A stretch of 64,000 nucleotides of DNA from Bigelowiella natans CCMP2755. Its lineage: Eukaryota; Protista; Cercozoa. How positions within the stretch are numbered: the stretch's first letter is position 1; each line of letters begins with the position of its first letter. Below the pieces are notes generated by a model. That model was not told where the DNA came from. It ran no database searches and worked only from the letters and a program-made list of their open reading frames with translations. Position numbers and translations under genes: made by a program. This document shows, one piece after another, positions 1-12,290 of the stretch. The stretch is taken from the NCBI GenBank assembly GCA_000320545.1, contig ADNK01001820.1, positions 1 through 64,000 on the forward strand, written 5' to 3'.

Positions 1-685
1 CAGCTGTGCAGTCTTCAGTTGAAAATCTCGAATCCTACGACGTCGGCCGAAAGTAACCCCATGATGTTTTTGTCTCTCCATTTGACATAAAAAGACCATC
101 AGTTCAAATTATATGTGTGTGTGTGTGTGTGTGCCCCAGAAGATAGAAAAGTGATGATCTATTAAGACTTCACCTCGGATGTAGTATATTGTGAGAAGTG
201 TGGTGTAACACTGATTACTCTTCGGTGTGCGTGTGTGTTTATTTGTTTCTCTGATCTGATCGTTGATTATTTCTACTAACTAGGGACCCTCGGACGAGGC
301 TCCTTTGGCCACGTTCAGCTCGTGGAGGATGCTTCTGGTAACAATCATGCAACACATCCATCGTCCATCACAGGACTGCAGAAGAGAATTATCAAAACTA
401 GCATAAATTCTATTGATCTGTCAGGGGGGGGGGGGGAGGTGAAAAATAATGAAGATCATTCAAAATTTTCTGATCAAAATTCCTATTCTCCGCAACCTCC
501 TCCTTTTTCACACATATCCAAGGTAAAACGTACGCTTTGAAGGGTGTCAGCAAGGTGACGAGATAGCCTAAGGATAGGAAAGATAAATAATACTAATGGG
601 TTAGTTGTAGCATGATAATTAGGAGGAGGAGGAGGAGGAGAAGGAGGAGGATCCCTTACCTCCTCCTTCTTGTTCTTCTTCTTCT

Positions 686-720
<35 letters not shown>

Positions 721-1016
721 AAATAGCCGCTTTAGATAATCATATTTTGTACGGTGTTCGTGCTGCAGATTGAAATCCATCTATGGCAGCATCTATACAA
801 AATAAGAATGATAGCACAAAGTTTCCTCCTTCTGAAAAATAATATATATGATGCGAACTACAGACTCAGATCGTCGAGACCGGCCAAAAGAACCACATAA
901 TCTCCGAGAAGCGTGTTATGGTCGGAGACATTTTTGCCAAAAACACACACATAAATGGCGGTGTTTTGGTGTGTAGGGGATGATGCGTGTGGGTGATCGA
1001 TCAATATTCTTTGACG

Positions 1017-1048
<32 letters not shown>

Positions 1049-1389
1049 TCTGTCTGTCTGTCATTCTACGCTTCTTTCCCCTTCTCTTCATGTTGCGTTT
1101 GTTCTGATTTGGTCATTTCTGCAGGAGCGCCTCCGACACCCATTCTGCATACAGCTCTATGCGACTTATCACGATGCACAGTGTATCTATCTACTGGTGA
1201 AACACACACACACACACGCACACACGCACACACGCACGCACGCACGCACGTGTACAACAAACACGAGCAAAAACACTCTTTCACCATCTAATCACCACCC
1301 GACAGCTGGAGCCATCGATGGGGGGAGAGTTATTCACGATCCTGCGAGCAAGGATGTTCTTTAATGATGACACTGGTTCGTTGCCTCTT

Positions 1390-1436
<47 letters not shown>

Positions 1437-2097
1437 TGTAGAAGTAGTAGTAGTAGTAGGAATAGTAGTAGTATTAGTAATGGTAGTAGGCAGTTGGGAT
1501 AGACAGCACAGTATTTGCAGTAACATGGACGACTTTATTTTTCGTAGCAAATTGTTCTGCAAATATTCCTATGATGCATCCTGCAACAATATCTTATTAC
1601 TACTTTCCACCAGGAGTATTTGTTATCAATGATTTCACAAATTGTTAAATCCGTATATCTACTATGTTCATGCAATGCTAATAGTATATCGGAGTATCAT
1701 AATTCGATGCCAACTTGCTCTTTTTTCCTATTTAAATGGATTGCAGATAACATTAACAATAAGGAAATGTTGTGTATAAGAGGGATGATGATTCATTTAT
1801 TTCTCTCAGATTTTCAATTAAACATAGAACAAAATCAACTTTTTACTTTTATACATCCCCTCCCCCCCCCCCTCTCTCTCTCCCTCTCTATCCTCACTTC
1901 TTCTCTCGATGGACACTATAATCCCCTCATCAGCTCGGTTCTATGCGGCATGCGTGATCGAGGCCTTTGAGTACATGCACAGCATGAATATCATCTATAG
2001 AGGTCATACATCCTGTTGTAGTATTAGTATTATTATTATTATTATTAGTAGTAGTAGACACATGAAGACGAATGTCGCCCCCGCCACCCTATTATTA

Positions 2098-2167
<70 letters not shown>

Positions 2168-2502
2168 TGGTCTTTGATGATCGTTATCTTCGCCAAATGG
2201 TTGACAATGTATATGCTGTTTTCTGGCACAGATTTGAAGCCCGAAAACCTGCTGCTTAACTCGAAAGGATACCTCAAGGTAGTAGGATGGTGAATACATC
2301 GACTTGATGGTGATGATGATTATGCTGATTATGTGGATGAGAATGATGAGGATGATGGAGATGAGAAGGCGGTATATGGTGTTACTCCTCCTTCCACTCG
2401 GCGCATTTCGTGATGAGGATGATATGAGTTAAGGATGAAGGATGGAGAGAATAAGTGACTATGACGCTTGCTGCAATAATGATGCTGAAATGGTGATGAG
2501 GA

Positions 2503-2544
<42 letters not shown>

Positions 2545-3143
2545 CTATTTAGGTGACTGACTTCGGCTTCGCAAAGGAAGTTAACGGCCGGTCTGTGATA
2601 GGAAAGAATATTGAAGAAGAAGAAGAAGAAAAAGAAGAAGAAGAAAAAGAAGAAGGCTTCAACAATCCCCACATTTTCATCTATACTTTAGATAGTATAT
2701 GCACATTCATTTTGTCATTTGTGTGCTGTTACCTCCCCCCCTCCCTCCCTCCTATATTCGAATACCTTGCAGAACTCACACTCTTTGTGGAACTCCCGAT
2801 TATCTTGCTCCCGAGATTGTGCAAGGAAAAGGCCACGGCAAAGGTTTGAAGAAGAAGGAGAAAGAAGGAGGAAGAAGAGTGCAGAAAATCCACTTTTCCT
2901 GTGCATATAGATAATTTTCCTTCAATATTTCTCGCAATAAAACTGCTCGCTGATCGTTCTGTTACTTACTTTCTTGAGTCATAATCATTTGAATACCTCC
3001 TGTACGTCGTCCTCTCCCTCTCTTACCGTTTTACCTTCCCCCCTCCCCCACTATCTCTGGCGTTCTTCTTTCGCTGCCGTGTAGGAGTCGATTGGTGGAC
3101 CCTCGGTAAGTAATAAAAGTTATGATAATACACACACACACAT

Positions 3144-3190
<47 letters not shown>

Positions 3191-4811
3191 GAGCACAAAT
3201 AGCAGTCACACATGATTTTACAGCATTCACGACGTAAAATAACTCGCTAGGAAGGGAGAACATGCGTGTTCTTTGCCAGCCACAACCCAATTCTGTCATG
3301 CATGATACACATAATTATTATTATTATTATTATTATTATTCGTGACTACCGTGACTGTATGATATTATCTTCTCATCATTGTTGGATTGGTTTCTCTTTC
3401 CTTTCCAGGGATCCTGATCTACGAGATGATATCCTCATCACCTCCATTCTACGACAATGACCAGATGCAGACGTACCAGAAGATCGTCAAAGGTACCATC
3501 AGTGAAGATAGATAGATGATAATTTCCCCCAAACGTTTTGACGATTTTTTGGCGTGGAAACTCCTACGTACTGAGAGTAGTAATGATTTCTCCCAGTAAC
3601 ATGATAGTAATGTCGTGAAAGCATGTAACTAATATGTTCTATGATACCGGTAGTAGTCACACTCTTCGCATTAAATTTTTTATCTTACAATATATCCCGC
3701 TTCCCTTCCCATCCCCCTCTATCTTCTCACCTGTACCTTCCGCCAGGCGATTTGTCCTTCCAACCTCATTTCTGCGCGGATGCGAAGTCGCTCGTGAAAA
3801 AACTTTTGCATCCGAAAGCGCACAAAAGACTCGGTGTTGTTAAGGGGGGAGCACGCACCATCAAAATCCACGATTGGTAGAATGATATAATAAATGTGGA
3901 ATGAGCATGATGCTTTCACCATTTTTTCCTGCTTCTCCTACTGCTTGCTGCCTTTATTCAGGTTCTCTAGTTCTAATCCATGAGCTGTCTTCTCACTGTT
4001 TCTTCATTCTTTCTTCCAATATTATAACACTATAATAGGTTCAAGGGTTTCGACTTTAAATCGCTCTTAAACCAAAAGGTAGTTGTGGTATGATGATGAT
4101 GATAATGATGATGATGGTGTAGAGATAATACAATTTAATATAAACGGTTATTATGGCGTAGTGACGGTGGTATTGGTGATGTTGATGATACCATCATGAA
4201 TGTTTTTTTGCTGTCAAAATACGTAGATGAAGGCACCGATAATCCCAAAGATTAAGAACAACAAGTAAGGAGAAGGGATGCGGGGAGGGCTAAGGAGGGA
4301 GGGTGGTGCGGGTGGTGAGAGCTTTTGTCTCAAATCTACATCGTTTTGCACGGCAAGAAGAGTGTCTAGCTTTCACTTTAGTAGATAAAAAAGAGGCTGA
4401 GTAGAAAGAGACGTAAGAGACGACCAGTCTGTGTTGTTTGCAGTGTGTAGGAGTCAAAGAAATATCCATGAAAATTAACAATCCATCCATTTTGATACCG
4501 TACCTAGGGATCTTGGGAACTTCGATACCTATGATGAAGATTACGACCCTATTCCAGTCTATACGGTAGTATCGGAAAGAGAAGGAGGAGGAGGAGGAGG
4601 AGGAGGAGGAGGAGGAAGAGGGACACATGATGATGTTCTGAAATTAATACAGAATTATAACGTTACAATGAGGAGGTAGAATGGGGGGAGGGAGATTGGA
4701 GGGCAGTTTCCAAGTCGTCACTTTCATGTAAGTGCACTTTCTCATTCTTACTGACGACTTCAGGGCAAAGACGACTGGTCAGAATTCGGGAAAATACAAG
4801 CCGCAGTGTAG
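1..4811 (+). CDS. AGC-family Ser/Thr kinase catalytic domain (PKA/PKG-like), 5'-truncated, at least 16 short exons
   Basis: Spliced GT-AG exons (approx. 284-337, 523-554, 864-920, 1125-1196, 1306-1375, 1934-2002, 2232-2278, 2553-2590, 2773-2843, 3085-3105, 3409-3492, 3747-3876, 4039-4078, 4227-4264, 4508-4565, 4764-4811) give TLGRGSFGHV, YALK, MGGELF, IIYRDLKPENLLL, VTDFGFAK, TLCGTPDYLAPE, GVDWWTLG, the AGC tail KAPIIPK..DLGNFD..DDWSEF and TAG at 4809-4811. Exons before 284 are unresolved, and any cNMP-binding domains would lie upstream of the window. Confidence 0.93.
621..720. repeat. Intronic (GGA)n followed by (CTT)n trinucleotide repeats
   Basis: Directly visible; includes a 12-bp inverted repeat at 639-650 / 659-670. 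Confidence 0.9.
1390..1490. repeat. Intronic compound (GCA)n-(GTA)n repeat
   Basis: Directly visible in a kinase intron. Confidence 0.9.
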
Positions 4812-5904
4812 CAAACCACGACATCATGTGTATCGTCGTTGCAACGTCTTCATGTATCTAGCATTTTTAAGGCAAAGTATCATAGAATGTGTGCTTTCAG
4901 CCACATGGGCCAACGTTATATGCGTAGGCACGGTATTAACAACAATGCCCTACACTGGTATGCATAGATGTTATACTATAGACACTGTCACATGCATGGC
5001 ACACGTGTGCGTTATATACGTGTGAAGCTTGCCTTTACTTGCTTTGATGCGCGTGTTCATGTCTTCATGTGACGTGTATGCGACATGGTTATGCAAGCTA
5101 GTAAGTGCATGCATTGTACGTACTAGCGTAATTCGTATCACCATTCACGCGTGTGTATGTCACACGTCCATGTTCCAGCGCTAGTGCTGCGGGTGGAGGT
5201 TCATCACTGAGCGTTTGTGCTAGCGTGGACCACATGTGTGCGCATGTCTAGGCATGTGTGGCATGGTCTAGCAATGTACTTTTGTTCTTCAAAGATCCAA
5301 CTTGTTCTTCCGTCAGCCATTTGTCCAATTGCTTTCCTTTTTTTGATTTGAATGTTCTCATTTGTCATTTCAGGTGAGAACAAATTTGCAGTGTTTTCAA
5401 CGATGCTCTGCCATGGATTTTGCCATGTCATTTTTGACAAAGATTGTTTTCAAGTTCACAAAACACATGGGATGTCTAGATGTGCTTGTGATTTTGCCAT
5501 GTCATTCTATGTAATTCAGTTCAGCAGTGGGTAGTCAGTAGGCAAATTTTCATGTTGCGCTTTTTCGCAGTTTTTGCTGCTGCCGACAGTAGGAAAATGA
5601 AATGTGGGGTGTGCTACTAAGTCTGCTGCGCGGCAATGATGCAGTAATGATGCCAGAATGCAAGCGACGAGGTAGCAGTACGCATGTAATGGACTGTCAC
5701 ACACAGGACTCGAACGTGTGCACATGCCGCCATGAATGGATCACGGCAGTTCATCCTTCATCGTTTTTGCAATTGCTCCCCGACCGAATCAAGCATATGT
5801 TAGATTCTTTTATTGGCTATATGCAACAAATTGTATTCTCAAATCTCTATGAGTTTGTTTTGGAAATATGTTTTGGAATGAGCATCGAGCGAGAGTCGAG
5901 GCAA

Positions 5905-6951
5905 TTACTTGACTTCTCCACATTTGACATGTTTCAATGCAGTCTTTGCACCACGTGGATCACGTATGGGGCATCTGGGGACTGTAGTCTGGTTTATCAA
6001 TGACCTATATCGACATTCCCAGCATCCTCCAAACCACATCATGTCTAGGCATTTCTCAATGTCATGATATTGGTGAAGTCGAATTGGCGCCAACACCAAA
6101 ATATTAGAATCAGTATCGATACTGGCATGGGTGCTTCTGAAAACACTGTATATCAAGGTTTCTGGGTTATTTATACTTGGATCCTTTGAAAAGGATGATT
6201 CGTTGTCTTGAGTTAAAGCTAGCAGTGGACCAGTTAAGACCGTTTTAGCAAATTTTCGTAGGAAAAGAGTTCCTTTATCATTCACCCCCCTCCAGGAATC
6301 GCACGCACACGTTGCTATGCCTGGTTTGGAGTTAATTTCATGCAATAAGGGGACATTTTTCAAGAGATATCCGTCATCTCGAATTCGAAGAATTTCATCA
6401 TATTTTTCGCCGTTTTCTTCTTCCATTTTCAACATTTCATCGTAGCAGCGCGCCACGGAGCTCAGTTGACGAACATGCATCATTGCACGATCCCGCCTGG
6501 AAATATAGTCCTTCCCAACTGTGACGAGTCTATCCACATACCAGAGCTGTACTTCAGGATTTTCTGGCTGACTGAAATTCACAAGCTTGGCATCCTTGGG
6601 GACCGGATTATGAGAGTAGGGATTCACTTCCTCGGCATCGTAGTTGACAAACTTCGTTTCGCCATCATCCATAACCAACACAATGTCGACAATATGACCA
6701 TTGTCTCTATGCGGATTCACGAACTTTTTCATTTTACTTTCAATTTCAAGTCTCCCTTGTTGACCAGTTACGCAGAGGAGCAATCTCAACTGATCTCCAT
6801 TTTGGCGAACTGTCTGGTGGTTGGGTGAAGACGGGTCAAGTTTGTTTTCAAGCTGCGTAGCTTTGAAAGAACTGGCAGTCCCCTGCAACCACGACAGGAG
6901 CAGAACAGGAAGAAGTCGGTAAGCCGGTGCCATTGCAATGGATCCCAGCAT
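5905..6951 (-). CDS. Intronless signal-peptide protein, putative glycosyltransferase-like
   Basis: 348-aa uninterrupted ORF with a hydrophobic leader (RLLPVLLLSWLQG). Motifs LLLCVTGQ.GR, YDEILRIRDD and GVNDKG resemble the CxxGQxR / YDxxxRxRxD / GxND pattern of uncharacterised GT-A-like proteins (recognised from memory). Confidence 0.6.
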   Translation of the reverse strand: MLGSIAMAPAYRLLPVLLLSWLQGTASSFKATQLENKLDPSSPNHQTVRQNGDQLRLLLCVTGQQGRLEIESKMKKFVNPHRDNGHIVDIVLVMDDGETKFVNYDAEEVNPYSHNPVPKDAKLVNFSQPENPEVQLWYVDRLVTVGKDYISRRDRAMMHVRQLSSVARCYDEMLKMEEENGEKYDEILRIRDDGYLLKNVPLLHEINSKPGIATCACDSWRGVNDKGTLFLRKFAKTVLTGPLLALTQDNESSFSKDPSINNPETLIYSVFRSTHASIDTDSNILVLAPIRLHQYHDIEKCLDMMWFGGCWECRYRSLINQTTVPRCPIRDPRGAKTALKHVKCGEVK

Positions 6952-7094
6952 GCATAGTGACTGAGCGCAAGAGCGTAGTTAGTGCAAGATTTGCTTGCTA
7001 AACGGAGGATGAGATGAGAGAAATACTAACGGTAGTTAGTAGTAGTAGTAGTCTGTGATGATGATGATGATGATGAATACCTGGAATACCGAAG

Positions 7095-7137
<43 letters not shown>

Positions 7138-7462
7138 GACAACAACAAAAGCGACAAAATAATTAATAAAAATAAAATAAATTACATTCACATGTAAAGA
7201 AAATAATACCCCGGAGATTCTCCGGAGATTATTCGTATTATTATTGCATCCCAAGTCAAAATTCACCGATAAACAGCATCATCATCATAAACCTCTCCCC
7301 AACCTTCCGCCTGTGCAATCAAGAAGGTACTGTACTACCCAGGAAGCTATATATTTCAAAGTTGCATCAGATATGATGAGCTCTGTGTAAATTTTACCGA
7401 GCTGCCGAAACTAGTAGTCGCTGGAGGGAGGAGAATAAGTCTCTTCCGACACTCGATAGAAC

Positions 7463-9419
7463 ATGAAGGTCGGTCGACATGAACACATCACATTTAAACA
7501 GATAGATGGAAGAGAAGCAGAGATAGAGAATTTGTCCGTAGATTTGCTTTTCAGCTGTAATTCATATCGTGAGATATTGAGGAAAGCGAAATCTATAATC
7601 GTAGTCAGTCTTGAGGGGAAAACACGTCAGTAGTAGCGACCACCTATATTCACTGCTTACACAACTAGGTTTCACATATTAACGGAGTAAAGATATACCA
7701 CTGCTCGGCTGGGAAGACACTCCCCCAGTGGTTTGATAATGTCAGAAATGTGGCTGCGCGGAAGGAGAGCTTGCGCTACAATGAAGCGTATCGACGGCGT
7801 ATCGAACTAATCCATGATTTTCACTTCCCCACAGCGGCCAATACCCTTAAGATATCTCCAGATGGGGAATTTATACTTGCGTGTGGGACATATAAGCCGC
7901 AGCTCAAAATGTACGAACTCTCGCAACTATCGATGAAATTTGAGCGGCACATGGATGCACAGGGTGTGGCATGCTCATTCCTGGGAGATGACTATCGTAA
8001 GTTCGCGATGTTACGTGAAGATCGATTCATCGAGTTCCACGCCCAGTACGGGCTCCACCATAAGCTACGCGTCCCAAAGTTTGGGCGCGACATGTGCTAT
8101 CTACGCAACTCCTGCGACCTTCTCGTCGGAGGCGCCTCAAGTGAGATTTACCGCCTTAATCTCTTCCGCGGTGAGTTCCTTGCTCCATTCTCGAGCGCAC
8201 TCAAAGGTGTCAACGCCATAGCAGAGAATAGAATACATGGTCTTGTAGCGGCTGCAGGCGAGGATGGAAAGCTTGAGTGCTTCGATCCAAGGAATGGAAA
8301 GCGAGTTGCCTACCTACGCGTAGCCGAGAGCCTTGCACGAGTGGATGCCCGAGCAGCGAACGATGTCAAAGAGGGTAAAGGCATCAGTGCTGTTGCATTT
8401 GGCTCGGCGCTCACGATGGGTAATATGTAAAGAGAAGAGAAGGGGAATCTCGCCCGTATCCTTGTTGTCGTATCCAAACATAAAATAATATATGTCACAC
8501 AGGCGTAGGGACTTCGTCTGGCCACGTGTTACTTTACGACCTGCGTGCACCTGCTCCTTTGACATGTCGTGACCATCGCTACGGTATGCCAATCAAACGA
8601 TTAATCTTCCAACAGGTAAAACAGAACAAACTACACTGCATATCTGCAGCCTTTCCTCCCCATGCGTACAGACGTTAGCACTTACTGATGCATTGTTTTG
8701 CAAGGGAAAGGGCGGCGAGGAGCGACTATTGTCTGCGGATTCAAAAGTAATTAAGATATGGCATGGAGAAAATAAGAAGAACAAGCTACTGACGTCTATC
8801 GAGCCTCCAGCTGACCTGAACGACTTCGTAGTCTACAAAGACTCTGGTATGGTTCTGGCCGCATGCGAGGCACACCGCATGCATACCTGGTATGTCCCGG
8901 CGATGGGTGCAGCGCCGAAGTGGTGTTACTACCTTGACACTCTCACAGAGGAATTGGAGGAATCACGGGAAACTACCGTATATGAGGACTACAAGTTTGT
9001 CACGCGCGAGCAGTTGGAGCAATGGGGCGTCGCCGACCTCATTGGTAAGTTTATGCTGATGATAATATTGATGGTCGTGGTGATTCAGTGCTCTCTTCAT
9101 CAAAAAAAGGAATAGTACTAACAGTAAGAATATTATAATTGGGATCATTGTTCTTTACTCATCCTCATATCATCCTTTTTTTCCTGTCAGGGACTGAGGC
9201 TCTCCGCCCGTATATGCATGGATTCTTCATCGATGTGAAGCTCTACAAGCGTATTCAGAGCGTTGCTGACCCCTACGCCTACGAACGCTTCTATCAGGAA
9301 AAACTTCGAAAGAAAATTGAAGAAACTCGTGCCTCGCGCATTAACATAACCTCCCAGGTCTAGACGGTCAACGGGAAAGGGAAGGATTTGATGATAGGAC
9401 GGACTCACGATTACAAATA

Positions 9420-9452
<33 letters not shown>

Positions 9453-10044
9453 TATATAGATATTCATTAAAATATTTATGTGTCTTCAATTATTGATAGT
9501 AAAAATTTGGATAAGATAACAAGTTTGAAACAAAACTTGAAAATCCCCCTCTTTCCCTCTTCCTCCTCCTCCTCTTCCTCCTCATCGTCCTCCTCTTCTG
9601 GGCTCGTTTTGTTGCTTTGTAGCTACCAAAAGTGAATCGCAAGCTCGCGAAGGCAATTCTTCAGCATCGAAGTCAGAGACTGGCGAAGAAGGAAGCGAAG
9701 AAAGATGGTGGTGGTGACGATGGTAACGACAATAACGACGACGACCAAAAGGCCTCGCCGAACGGGAAGCTGGTCACGGACCTTCGATTCAAAGCTCTCT
9801 TCGAAGATGAAGATTTTGAAATCGACGAGACATCGGAGCATTACTCACGTCTGAACCCGCACCGCTATGCTGCTGCCGTGAAGAGGGCGGAAGCTGATGA
9901 GGATGAAGGGATGGTGGATGGCGGAAATAGTGATGCCGATAGCGACGAGGTACGCTCACAGAACAACCAGAAAAACGACGCTTAAAGAATAATGAGACGT
10001 GATCTTACACAGGCATGAATAGAATTAAAATATGTATAAATGTA

Positions 10045-10081
<37 letters not shown>

Positions 10082-10450
10082 CATATGTGTGTGCATTTAT
10101 ATGTTCCATTTTTTTAATTTCTTGGTTCTTTTTGCTGTTGTTTGCAGGATCTACGAATAGGTGCCCTCAGTATGCTCGGTAAGGCTGAAGAAAATGCGAT
10201 GGAGATGGAGCACCAACAGGTGCATGTTAATGATGTCTCTTAAAATGATGAGTGTTTACGTATGTCGGACGGAGCGTAATCATGTTTTATGATTTTTAAT
10301 TTAACCTTTTCGTTGTGTTGCGAGCTTATCAATTGATCTACTCCCGGATTCTCTTCACTAGGATGACGATAGCAGCTCTGATAATTATGACGATGAGGAC
10401 AATGTGCCTCCTCCAACGACTACTGTAGGATAAGATAACGACGGAAGAGA

Positions 10451-10523
<73 letters not shown>

Positions 10524-10642
10524 ATTGTGTTCGATACAATGTCGAAAGAAGAGACGAAAACAGTATAGAATCTAATTTGAAAAGTGAGAACATAGCAATA
10601 GATTCTGCTCCTCTCATCCCACCCCCCCCTCCCCTCTTTCTC

Positions 10643-10692
<50 letters not shown>

Positions 10693-10987
10693 TCAGATGT
10701 TCAACGCACCTTCTGGGTACAGTGCGCGCCACCTATTGGAAAGAAAGGCCAGCACGCAGCAGCAGCAACAGGAGTTATCCGAACTCACTTTGGAGCAGCG
10801 ATTGCGGCTGCACGCAGATAGCAACAATTATGGAGATAGTGACTATAAAAGTTCCACACAAAATAAGAGAGCAAGTACTCATAAAGCAAAGATAGATAGT
10901 GAGCACCGTCTAGGAAGGAAGAACAAAGGTAAATGCGGCGGTCGCAAAAAGGGGGGTGGCTTTAAGAAAGGTAAACGCCGTCGGTAG
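7463..10987 (+). CDS. NOL10: Nucleolar protein 10 (NOL10/Enp2), WD40 SSU processome factor
   Basis: 6-nt first coding exon ATGAAG (7463-7468), then exons approx. 7669-8419, 8503-8614, 8705-9045, 9191-9357, 9623-9948, 10148-10219, 10362-10426, 10698-10987. Diagnostic peptides RRRIELIHDF, GTYKPQ, LSMKFERH, RVPKFGRD, APKWCYYLDTLTEELEE, YEDYKFVT, YMHGFF, LPKVNRKLA and NUC153-like DLRFKALFEDEDFEIDE. Confidence 0.95.
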
Positions 10988-12184
10988 CAAAAACTGGGTC
11001 AAATAAAACAATAGCATGCATAGATATCAATAAATTAGCTTAAAAATTGACCACGCAATATGTCTGCATTTAAACTATAGCATGTTTGTGGACAGCGTTG
11101 TCTAATTTATTTTTTCATGCTGCAAACTTACATAGCTCGGCATGGTGTTCTTTTGCTAAAAATTTCTAGCCATGCTTCTTTTCACAAAGCGTGCGCTTGT
11201 TGTTACAAACATAGCGACATGAGACGTGGCAGTCGACACTACTAGACTATTAGATTTATATGCGCTAGAACGTTTGATGTTGGCAATGAAATGTGACCGA
11301 CATTCAATGAGTACGCACACATACATGCATTGTAGACATGAACGACACACACGCAGCCATCTTCTTCTAGTTTCATCAGCTGTATGATCATTGCTTGAAA
11401 GCGAAGTTGTGTAGTAGACTCCAACATGTTCTAGTATTGTTTGGCTCGCTAGCTAGTCATGTCTTTGCATGGACAGCAGCTGTCTCACAAGATGCGCGTA
11501 CACGTAGCAGCCACACTGTCAGCTCTAGAGCTAGCAGACGTGAGCACGCATGCCAGGTGACTTCTAGAGTTCTATAGAGTTGTCTAGTTACATGCGTTTG
11601 CGGTGCAGCAATGTCAAGATGTAGAGCACGATGTCAATACTCTAGTACTGCTAGAATTTTGTTGGTCACGCCATTATTGTAGCATGTGTACGACTAGCTA
11701 GCTAGACGACGCTGGCATCATGCACATCTCTAGATCTCTAGATCTAGACATGCAACTATAGTACATAGCTAGTTAGATGGTCCATGACGTTCATCATGCG
11801 ACGACATCGTTACATGGCAGCATGCTAGCATGCTAGCATGGGTGCTGTGACATCTACGACGTACATATTTAGATCTAGAGATGTTGTGCATCATCTAGAT
11901 ATGTGAAATCTGTAGTTCTGCCAATAACTACCACACAAGCAGGCCATCTAGCCATGTAGCCATGCTAGCATGTGAGCACGCTAAGCGTAGGATTTTGCTC
12001 CAGACATGCAATCATGTACGCAGTAAGTGTGGTTAGATGACAATGCTGACGCGCTGGTTAAGCTAGCATACCACACTAGCACAGACCATCAATGCTACGA
12101 GAAGGACAGCTAGATAGATATGATAGCCATTTGCATAAATGATTCCCACAGCGACACACACACACACACACACACACACATATG

Positions 12185-12232
<48 letters not shown>

Positions 12233-12290
12233 CACGTAACAGCACAAATTCAAGCTTGAAACCTGTGTGAACTTGAACTGAAATGTAAGA

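Noticed and set aside
483-1632. ORFs with poly-K, poly-A/V/T, IYIYIY and HTHTHT runs (similar ORFs occur throughout the window)
   Set aside because: They are translations of intronic microsatellites or antisense frames, not genes.
11200-12100. CRISPR-like array or cloning polylinker contamination
   Set aside because: No constant repeat with regular spacers, sites are degenerate and reiterated, and the same texture recurs in many spacers.
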